A stretch of DNA of 64,000 nt from NCBI GenBank assembly GCA_050084985.1, contig JBITNC010000001.1:191332001-191396000 (forward strand), read 5' to 3'. The notes beneath the pieces were generated by a model that did not search any database, was not told the DNA's origin, and worked only from the letters and a program-made list of their open reading frames with translations. This stretch comes from Nageia nagi. Lineage: Eukaryota > Plantae > Pinophyta. The first letter of the stretch is position 1. The number at the start of each line of letters is the position of its first letter. Made by a program: the position numbers and the translations under genes. Positions 1-10,468 of the stretch are shown in pieces.

Positions 1-539
1 TGAGTTGTGCAATACATATGTTTGTGAGTTATTAAACATCATTGACGCCAAGCAAGAAATCACTTTTTCCCATTTCTCTATTAGTTAAGCTTTTCATATG
101 CCACTGATGTCTCTCACTAATGTGTTAGTCCTTTCTTTTGATTATCTTATTTAGATGAAGTATGGTTGCCTTCAGTCTCTATCCTTTTATCTTACCATTT
201 ATTTTTTATAAAGTAAGTTAAATTTAGCTAGCTCTTATATATTTTACTATCTTCATTTGGACAGAGGCTTTGGGATACACACTTCTACTCCGCAGATTGT
301 TAAGAGAGCTGATGGATCCCCAAAGAGCTCTTCCTCTTGTGTTTAGGGCCGCATCGTAATTATTGTAAGTGATTTCTTGTCAGACATGATTGTTATGTTT
401 AGTTCCAAATGGCAACTCCAGCATGATATGGACAGATTATAGAAGCTGACTATGTTGTTCTTCCATAAGCTATACACTGTTTCTAGTATCATGAATTTCA
501 ACTTAGATTTTGATCTTGGCATGTTTGTAATATGTTTAT

Positions 540-870
540 AAGTTGGGGCAGAAACTTTTTAGCAATCTTCTTGCATTTGAAAAACTCAAGTTCTCAAGTA
601 AATACACATTCATATGCTGCCTAAGAGAACCCTGTCTCGTGGGGGTATTATGACTATGTTGGAAATTGAAGAATTCAAAGGGTAAAAACCAGCAATATGT
701 TTCAAGAAGCACATCACAAATTTCCTGGCATATGAGAAGCAAAATTTATCAAGCACAACAACAAAACATTGCATGATTTAAACCAAGGGGTAGAGTGACC
801 ATTTACAATTGGAAAGCTCTTAACCCACTAAATACAGGGAGGCTGGAATGTGGAAGGTTGTGAATCAAAT
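540..870 (+). pseudogene. Highly decayed PLS-class PPR/E-domain-like fragment
   Basis: Manual translation gives ENPVSW, a G(V)KP-like stretch and KYREAGMWKVV, resembling RNVVSW, GVKP and LLSNIYAEAGRW; frameshifts and stops present. Confidence 0.35.
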
Positions 871-3504
871 AATAATATTAAGTCATGGTATATTAGTTGT
901 AATAATATGGCTTTGTAGACATTATATGTTGAATTATGGTACTACTAGGTAATCCTTAAAAGGTTGCCTAGATAGCTAACATTAATTATATTATTATATA
1001 GTCAATTATTAATTAATTGATAATAATAACACAATTAATTGTAAACAGCGAACATATATAGTATTTTGGTATTAGGATTTACTTCATTATTTATGTGAGT
1101 TATTCGTCCAACTTTAGAATCAATTATATAACCAAATGTTTGAGTTATGACCCACAAGGTGTTCGGAATATCCTTTTTTTTTCAAGTACTTATTTTGCGT
1201 TTAATGATGATGTTTCAAGTGGTGTTTGGTTTTCGTTACCTTCATTTTGTCAACATGGTTTTGAAGCTACTTTCTCAAGACTTCCTATTCACATTTTAGG
1301 AAGAATATGGTATCCAAGCTACTTTTTGAAGGCTTTCCATTCACCTTTTTGAAAGAATAGAAGCTTGTAGTTGCAACAACTAGTTTTGCCCAGCTTGAAC
1401 AGAGGAACTCACGACTTCTTCCAAAACTGAAAATAGATGCCTTGAAACTCATTTCGCAACATTTCATCCAACCAAGCATATACTTCATGCTTGTACTATT
1501 TTTCAAACACCATTCTTGATTATTTTTGGCAGTTTTAAAGATTTTGTAGCAACATGCAATTAGAAAATCTATATCTCCGCACTTCCAAGGTACATGTTTT
1601 GATTGGGTTGGGAGGAGTGATAGTGGTCCTGTTTTATTGAAGGGTACCACAAAACCTATTAAACCCATGAAGGGTCAGCAAACCTCACGGCCTAACAAAA
1701 CCCCAAGGGTTGACATAATCTATTAGCTTCCATGGTAGGGTGCTAGGTCTTGGACTTTTCAAACCCATGGGAGAAGTGGTAGGTCCATACCCCCTCATGG
1801 ACTTTGGAGCACTATTGGTGAAAATTGAAACTTTCGAGTGCTTTGACCTACCAAATCACATCCCAACATACTCTCCAGATGAAGATTTGATGGGTAGGCT
1901 ACATGATGGAACCCATCATATGTACCCTATGAGCTAATGGAGTCAAACTAGTTTTTGAAAAAATTTCGAATACAATTTCTTTTGACCATTGAAAATTGGT
2001 TTGACCCCCCTACAAACCTTAATTTAGTACACAAATTGTCGAGGCCTATTGCAAATTAGGAGTCCAATTTTCATCCTAGAAGAAATGTTGATATTTAAAG
2101 GTCTTGTGAAGGAATTCTAGCCGATTTTGTTCCAAAATATGTGCAAAACAAGCTCTTTATTTTGAAGTTTTTTCATTAATTTTTTAATCCATTTTTATGA
2201 TTTTTCAGAAGTTATTTTGCACTTCTCTTTATAGTTATGCCCAATGCCACTAATCATACCCAATGGCAATATGAGATGAATAGTTAGATTTGATTAGTAG
2301 ATCACTTGCTTCTTTTCGAAGTTGAATGTTGAAACTGGTCCATGATTTATAGATCTCATAAATACTTATGATTTTTCTTATATTGTTTTAGGGTTTTATT
2401 TATTATAAAAATTATTTATATTTTTAGTTTACCATTTTTAAAATTGCATTAAGCACTTCCATTGCCTTATATATATCTTATCTTACAATCCTATTGTCCT
2501 TTCTCAATCAGCAATGGACATAAATATATTTTATGTAAAATGATATTTTATAGTTGGAGAGACCTTATAACTTTATAAGTCAGAGTTGTCTAGAAGAAAA
2601 TTGGCAAGTCTTTCAACTAGATTTTGAGAGAATATTCAACAATGAGATATTGGAAGTAGAACTATGGATCATGTGATTACACAGTGTTGGATTTGAATAA
2701 TGAAGTTATTTATTTTAAAACTTTTAGTTGTCGTTGAACATTGGTAATGAGAAGTAGTTTCAGACCTGATATTTTGTTGATCTTTGACTGTTTGTGAGCC
2801 TTTAGAGCTCTTAGTGTAGATGCTGTCAAAGATTTTACTATATCATACAAGTTAACTATGGTTGTACTCCATTTATTTTTTGATCAATAATAAAATCAAA
2901 GTTCTTTAAAGTGGATGTTTCCCTACATTGGGATTTATCACTACAAATATTATTATTTTATATCTAGATATGGATTTTACAAGGTATATTTTGGTACCTT
3001 TTCATAATCAGTAAGTTTACAATCACATATTTCAGCGCTGGCACTGTTTCTAGCATCAACTCTAGGATTTGACATAATTTGGTTAAGCAATTTAAGACAC
3101 CATATTGCTGAATAAAATATAAATTAAATCTATATTTAAATTCTATAGAATATCATAAGTCATTATAAATCATGTTAGAACATTAAAAGATCCTTTCTTT
3201 CATGAATGCTATCATAGCATACAAGTTAGAAAGGGGGTATGAAGGAAGCATAAAAAATGTTAGATTCGTGCTAGATCATTCTATCAGTTTTAATTTCAAT
3301 TGTACATTTTACTCCATTTCTATTCTTCTTTGGAATATATAATTTTTGTTTCCACCATTACATATCCAAAGAGGGGTAAATATATAAAAATGATTTGTAT
3401 ATATTTAAAAATCATATTTATGATTATCCAAAAATCAAAGATATAAAAGATAATTATTCTAAATACTCACTAGCCATGTACTAGTCAAGCCTAACTATCC
3501 ATAA

Positions 3505-3556
3505 TCATTCTAATGCTTGCAAAATGTAATGAAAGCTTTTGAAGTAAATTCACCTC
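3505..3556 (-). pseudogene. Displaced tail of the Copia integrase core (GEFTSKAFITFCKH)
   Basis: Minus-strand translation continues the ...KVLRTDNEG reading at 8646+ across the solo LTR, restoring the RTDNGGEF motif. Confidence 0.85.
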
Positions 3557-3957
3557 TGTTGTGCTTGCACAACACACCCAAAATACAAGATTTTGGGGAC
3601 CCTGTTTTTGCAAAGGCAATGAGATGCATTGCCTAGAGTTTGGCCTTAGGTGACAGAGAGTTGATTTTGATGCAATATAGAGATGATATCAGGAAGCAAT
3701 ACATGGAGATTATTTGTCAAAGACCTTGAAGCGATTTAGAGCATCCAGTCACCAATTTTGGAGCCAAGGAACCATTATTTGAGCAACATCACCAAGAACA
3801 AGATTTTTGGGTTTTGAATGAGGCCTATGGAGATGGTTCGTTTTTCAAAGCTTGCCAGAGTTGGAATATGAAGATAAGATCTAGTAATGGACCTTGTTTC
3901 AGGCAAGTTTAGGCTTGGAAATTTTGGAATTCGACCAAGTTTGCTCCTTCTCAAGCC

Positions 3958-5488
3958 TAGGCACAATTTTCAAGGCTTTGATGACATCAAAGGCTAGGAA
4001 TTGGCACCTAAGGAAAATAGGGTGCATTTTGGATCAAATGGATTGAATTTTCGAGAAAGCCTAGCTATGAAGGGTCAAATTCTAAGCATGTTTGGGCTTG
4101 GAAATTTGTGAATTGTATCAAAATTGCACCAAGGAGAGATAGGCACATGTTTTGGGGGTTTGAGGCCACCAAAGAGAAAAAATTGGCGCCTAGGCTCAAA
4201 GTACTTGTTTTTCACATAATTTTGATTCCAATTTCAATGACATTGTAAGATGGAGGCAAAATGAGGCAAGTTTGCTCTTGGAATTTTTGAAAAAGATCAA
4301 AATCTATGTCCAAGGCACATAGGTGCATGTTTTGAGGGATTGACTTCATCAAAGCCAAAAATTTGGGGCCTGGATCCAATTGCACTAAAAATGATCAAAT
4401 TTTGACTTTGTCAAATTAAAATTTGGAGACATGGGTATTGTGAGCAATGCAAAGTTTAACAAGTTTAACCTTGGAGGTTTCCAAAATGGACCAAAATCAC
4501 TTCCCCCAAGCATAGGTGCAGATTTTCATGCTTTGCCATCATCAAACACAAAACAATGGTGTATGAGAATGGCTTATTATTGACCAAAGATTTGAAATTA
4601 TTTTGAACACATGGCATGATAAAGGGTGAAAAATTACACAAGATTGCCTTTGGAACTCACCCAAATGGACCAAAATTGCTTCCCCAAAAACTAGACACAT
4701 ATTTTTAAGCTTTGTTATCATCAAATCCAAATTTTTGGCACTTATGCACACCAAAATGATGAAATTTTGACTTGGTCAATTCGAAATTCTAGCACATGAG
4801 TATTGAGGGGGATAAAAAATAAAGCAAGTTTAGGCTCGAAGTTTTCCAAATTGCACAAAAATTGAAGCTCCCACACCTAGGCACAAAGTCCAAGGCTTTG
4901 AGGTCACCAAAAAGAAAAAAAATGGGCCTAGGGTGAGGAAAAGACCATTTTGACAAAAATTTGAAAATTTGTTTGAAAGTATGGGAGGATGCACTATCAA
5001 ATTTCACACCTTTTGGCTAAAGGATTTTGAAATAGCTAAAAAGAAATGCACTTCAAGGATAGGCACATGTTTTCAAGCTTTGACATCATCAAAGCTAAAC
5101 AATTGGTGACTAAGGAAGAATGAGACTATTTTGAGCAAATTTCAACATGCAAATTTTGAAAATAAAAAACATGGGTAAGTTGCACAAGGTCAATCCAAGC
5201 ATGTTTAGGCTTGTAACTTTTCAATTTTGAGCAAATCCACTCTCTCCCCAATCTAGGTGCAGTTTCCCAAGCTTTGAGACTATGAACACAAAAAATGAGC
5301 ATCTAAGGGGTAAAATAGGCTTGTTTTGGTCAAAATTTCAAATTCGTTGCAAATTCATGAGGGTATGCCCATTGGGATTCTACACAAATTGGTCCAAGAA
5401 GCAAGTAAAAATGATAAAAAATGCACAATATAGGGTAGGTGCATATTCTTGGGCTTTTATGCCATCAAACATGAAAAACCAATGCCTA
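3958..5488. repeat. Phased array of nine 53-bp imperfect palindromes (TAGGYRC..CTTTGA-N5-TCAAAG..GYRCCTA), period ~185 bp
   Basis: Cores start at 3958, 4140, 4320, 4513, 4692, 4878, 5060, 5254, 5436; core length 53 bp (one 52 bp); spacers more divergent. Confidence 0.85.
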
Positions 5489-7832
5489 GGATGGAGGAAG
5501 ATCAATTTAGTATGCAAAATGCACCTTTGGGAGTGATCAAATGAAGCTATGAATCAAGCAGAATGCACAAAAGGTACATTTGAACACCAACCTTGAGCAC
5601 TTGAGCATTTAAGCACCAAACATGAGCTTTTTGACCAAACTTATATGCCACACTTGGGCACTAGAGCCAATTTTTCATCGAAGTGCTCAAAATTCCAAAT
5701 TTTGATCCCAAGCTCCAAAAACCCTCAATTTGACCTTAAACACCTTCAAGATCCATCTCCTATCCATCCATGGCCATATAAGATCGATCGAGCACTTTAA
5801 ATTTTTGATAAAATCCGCCCCCCATCATTTTCCATATTTTAGACCAAAAATCCATTTTTCCAAGAAATCCTCACCAAATCACTCAAAATCTTGCGAAGAT
5901 CCCTCAAATCGAAAGGTGAATCTACATTTGAAGAAAAAGGGTACTCAAAGATGGTGGAGAAGATCTAAAGTATGCTCAAGATCCGCAAGATCCTTTGTAA
6001 AAGGATCAATTTTCAATGTATATAGACTAAAGTGGTTAAAAGGATGAATGTTTTCTCCTTCCACTTTAAATGTAATTTCATTTTTACTTTTTCTTTTCAA
6101 TTTCAATTGGGTTAGAAATAGGGCAACACCCAAACGTTGGCCTCAAAAAGTCTATAAATAGACCATAGGGGGTCTCCTTTTGAGTTAGAATGCTCAAGTG
6201 TAAGAAAAGGCCTAATTTCATGAAAATTGAAATTTTTTGTAAAAAGGAGCAAATTGATGTATATGTGCATAACTCTTTTATGATGTTAATACACACCAAA
6301 ATGATGAAATTTGACTTGGTCAATTCGAAATTCTAGCACATGAGTATTGAGGGATAAAAAAATAAAGCAAGTTTAGGCTCGAAGTTTTCCAAATTGCACA
6401 AAAATTGAAGCTCCCACACCTAGGCACAAAGTCCAAGGCTTTGAGTCACCAAAAAGAAAAAATGGGCCTAGGTGAGGAAAAGACCATTTTGACAAAAATT
6501 TGAAAAATTTGTTTGAAAGTATGGGAGGATGCACTATCAAATTTCACACCTTTTTGGGTAAAGGATTTTTGAAATAGCTAAAAGAAATGCACTTCAAGGA
6601 TAGGCACATGTTTTCAAGCTTTGACATCATCAAAGCTAAACATTGGTGACTAAGGAAGAATGAGACTATTTTGAGCAAATTTCAACATGCAAATTTTGAA
6701 AATAAAAAACATGGGTAAGTTGCACAAGGTCAATCCAAGCATGTTTAGGCTTGTAACTTTTCAATTTTGAGCAAATCCACTCTCTCCCCAATCTAGTGCA
6801 TTTCCCAAGCTTTGAGACTATTGAACACAAAAAATGAGCATCTAAGGGGTAAAATAGGCTTGTTTTGGTCAAAATTTCAAATTCGTTGCAAATTCATGAG
6901 GGTATGCCCATTGGGATTCTACACAAATTGGTCCAAGAAGCAAGTAAAAATGATAAAAAATGCACAATATAGGGGTAGGTGCATATTCTTGGGCTTTTAT
7001 GCCATCAAACATGAAAAACCAATGCCTAGGATGGAGGAAGATCAATTTAGTATGCAAAATGCACCTTTGGGAGTGATCAAATGAAGCTATGAATCAAGCA
7101 GAATGCACAAAAGGTACATTTGAACACCAACCTTGAGCACTTGAGCATTTAAGCACCAAACATGAGCTTTTTGACCAAACTTATATGCCACACTTGGGCA
7201 CTAGAGCCAATTTTTCATCGAAGTGCTCAAAATTCCAAATTTTGATCCCAAGCTCCAAAAACCCTCAATTTGACCTTAAACACCTTCAAGATCCATCTCC
7301 TATCCATCCATGGCCATATAAGATCGATCCGAGCACTTTAAATTTTTGATAAAATCCGCCCCCCATCATTTTCCATATTTTAGACCAAAAATCCATTTTT
7401 CCAAGAAATCCTCACCAAATCACTCAAAATCTTGCGAAGATCCCTCAAATCGAAAGGTGAATCTACATTTGAAGAAAAAGGGTACTCAAAGATGGTGGAG
7501 AAGATCTAAAGTATGCTCAAGATCCGCAAGATCCTTTGTAAAAGGATCAATTTTCAATGTATATAGACTAAAGTGGTTAAAAGGATGAATGTTTTCTCCT
7601 TCCACTTTAAATGTAATTTCATTTTTACTTTTTCTTTTCAATTTCAATTGGGTTAGAAATAGGGCAACACCCAAACGTTGGCCTCAAAAAGTCTATAAAT
7701 AGACCATAGGGGGTCTCCTTTTGAGTTAGAATGCTCAAGTGTAAGAAAAGGCCTAATTTCATGAAAATTGAAATTTTTTGTAAAAAGGAGCAAATTGATG
7801 TATATGTGCATAACTCTTTTATGATGTTAATA
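4747..7832. repeat. 1.54-kb direct tandem duplication within the solo LTR (4747-6291 / 6292-7832), possibly an assembly artefact
   Basis: Duplicate ORFs 5945..6133 and 7486..7674; copies differ almost only by homopolymer indels; absent from the paralog at ~62120-63445. Confidence 0.9.
6153..6160 (+). promoter_or_regulatory. Putative LTR TATA box (duplicate at 7694-7701)
   Basis: CTATAAATAG context typical of plant LTR U3. Confidence 0.55.
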
Positions 7833-8645
7833 CAAGTGGCTAAATATTGATTGAAAGTGGTTTTATCATCAATTGGAGTTGTGGATTGATCCTTAAGAGC
7901 ATTATGTCATGATTTGAATATTTTCGTGCCTTCTCTTTGAAAACTCACGAATTTTAAGAGAATTTGTTGGAAATATTTTAAAGTGTTTGAATCATCCCAA
8001 ATTGTTGCTAATCCATTGCTTTCATGTTTAAATGTTTAGTATTCAAAATTGTCTTTCTTTTATGATATCTGATTAGACTTCTTGTTCAAAACCAATCTGT
8101 CTCTGTGACCTACGCTAAGGTTTTTTGATTGCATCGATCCCATTCGTGAGTACCAATAGTCAGCTTTGCTTCCCGCTCTTCTTTGAAATGATTTGAACAA
8201 TAGTCGTTTTGTTTCAACACTTGATGAATTGAACAAACCTCTTGAATTGATCCAAAAGAAAGAAAGTTTAGACAATGTTGCATTGTGACAATCTACTTTG
8301 AAATCTAGCCAAGTGTTGCCTCATTCTCAACCTTTTTCCTTTTCTTTATTTTTTCATTATCTTTAAAATCCATAGCAACTTTCGAACATTGCATAATAAA
8401 CACCTTCAGTCCCTACAAAAAATGAGTTAATAGTTTCTACATCTATTAAACCACTTAGTGATTCCCATAACAAGACCTACACAATTCAAGCTTGTATTAG
8501 CAATACAAGCTTCCGTAAGAAACCTTGGGGTATCATTCCTTACAAGAGGAATAAGTTACGCTATCTCACCTAATGCTGGGGTTGTTTTTCCTATTGATAG
8601 CCTCATAGCTAGACTTGCGTAAGAGGAAAGATTTCCATCCCAACA

Positions 8646-10468
8646 ACCTTCATTGTCTGTCCTAAGAACTTTGATTTTCATGTTGCTTTCATTCTCAGCT
8701 TCTACTTTGAATTGTTTGAACGCATCCAATGCTTGAGATTTGTACTTGAAAAAATACACTGAAGTACGCTTTGTGAACTCATCAATGGTATTTTTCATCA
8801 CCAATAAATGTTGTCTTTATAGGACCACATATGTCAGAGTGTATCAACTCTTACTTTGCTTTGGCTTTCCAAGCTCTATATTTCTTGAACTTGTCTCTAT
8901 GCAAGCCCCTCACAATCATTGTTTGTGAAGGTCTTTGGCAAACCATGCACCATATTCATCAATGAATGTGATGAAGTATTTTGCACCACCAATAAATGTT
9001 GTCTTCATAGGACCACATATATCAGATTATATCAACTCTAACTTTGCTTTGGCTTTCCAAGCTCTATATTTCTTGAACTTGTCTCTATGTTGCTTGCCCA
9101 TAATGGAAGCCTCACACAATCATTGTCTGTGGAGGTCTTTGCCAAACCATGCACCATATTCGACCTATGCATGACTTTAATACTCGAATAATTCAAATGA
9201 CCTAGGCATTCATGCCATAATTGGTCATTTGATGGTGTTTTTGAAATCAAAGCTTTGTCACCACGAGTAACAAGTCTATACAAACCAGATTTTTCAACAA
9301 CCTACACCTATTACATTGTCTTGATTGTCCTATATTATACATCTCTTTCTCCTAAACAGACTTTCCATGTTTTGATGATCTATTTGAATTTTTGAAATCA
9401 ATTTTTTTCTTCATTCCAGAAACATACAGAACATTCTTGATGTATGTTTGCTTAATGTTGGGCATTCTGATGGTGCTTTGCCAACTCCTTTCATCGGTAG
9501 TGTTGAATTGTTATCGAAGGTGACATCTCCTCCTTAAACTGCTTGGATATCTTGAAGCCAATCTTGCTTTTCCATTATGTGTCTTGTGGCAACAAAATCG
9601 ATGTGCTAGACTTGGTCATCATCATGTTGAGACTGGTAAGCAGCAACAAAGAGATGGCTATCCTTTTTGGATGCAAAATGATCACCTTGTCTCCTTTGAT
9701 TATCATCTTGTTTCTTTCTGCAATCTTTTGACATGTGGCCTAGCTTGCCACAATAGAAGTAAATGATATTCTTCTTTTGCTGTTGAGGTTATCTTGAATA
9801 GCTGCAAGGCTCTTCATCCTTTTTTTACAAAGTAATTCTTTGCTTGTGCTTTTTTAACTTTGCTGCATAGGCTTCAGCAGAATCTTCTTCATTGTTTAGC
9901 AAAAGTTGCTCATGCTGCAACAAAATTCCCTCCAACTCATTAAAAGTGTGGGTAGCAAGTTTTACACTATGGGTAAGACTTGTGATCAGACTCTAGTACT
10001 CCCTTGTCAAACTCTTGAATGTTGTTGACACTAATTCCTTGTTGTTTCACCAAGTCCTTTTAACTGATTTGCTATGCCTTTGATAAATTGCATATGTTCA
10101 GAAATAGTACCATTCAACTTCAAACTGCAAAGATGTTTTCTTAATGTGAGAGCGTGAGCCTTATTTTTGTGCTCATTCAAAACCATAATGGAGTCTCATG
10201 CCTCCTTTGGTGTAGAGGCATCAGCTACATTTTCAATAATGCGTGCATTGATTGACAAGTTGATCAATGCAAGGGCGACACATTGTTTGATGTCAAAATT
10301 GGCTTGTTCTACAGCATATGTCTCACGATCTATTGCAGTGCCTTCAAGTTGATTCCATAGATCATGAAGCATCATCAAATTTTTCATTTGATGTTTCCAT
10401 GCCCTAAAATTTTCAGCTCCAAAGAATTTGTCAATCAATGCATTTAACAAAGTGCCTGGGTTCGCCAT
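8646..10468 (-). mobile_element. Degenerate Ty1/Copia gag-protease-integrase remnant
   Basis: gag start (AENFRAWKHQMKNLMMLHDLW), zinc knuckle YFYCGKLGHMSKDC (~9720-9775), protease-like HIDFVATRH, GAG-pre-integrase LWHECLGHLN, integrase IDEFTKRTSVYFFKYKS..KVLRTDN. Confidence 0.92.

Larger units (their letters stand above)
1..8393. repeat. Segment Y, copy 1 of a large duplicated block (other copies 43150-45853, partial, and 57375-64000)
   Basis: Near-identical sequence and ORFs at offset ~57374 (e.g. 1095..1352 vs 58468..58725; 1740..1937 vs 59114..59311) and at offset ~43149. Confidence 0.97.
3557..8645 (+). mobile_element. Large solo LTR (probably Gypsy-type; ~3.55 kb without the internal 1.54-kb duplication)
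   Basis: TGTTG...CAACA termini; 5-bp TSD ACCTC (3552-3556) / ACCTT (8646-8650); interrupts a Copia integrase; TATAAATA at 6153; no coding capacity. Confidence 0.88.

Noticed and set aside
1095-1937. ORFs 1095..1352, 1285..1668 and 1740..1937 as genes
   Set aside because: No recognisable domain; the 127-aa ORF is frameshifted in the paralog, and similarity between copies reflects recent duplication.
2300-3100. Additional LTR
   Set aside because: LTR-like texture, but no termini, TSD, PBS or PPT could be fixed.
3958-5488. CRISPR array (palindromic repeat plus spacer layout)
   Set aside because: Eukaryotic LTR context, degenerate repeats, ~130-bp spacers with residual mutual similarity, and no cas genes.
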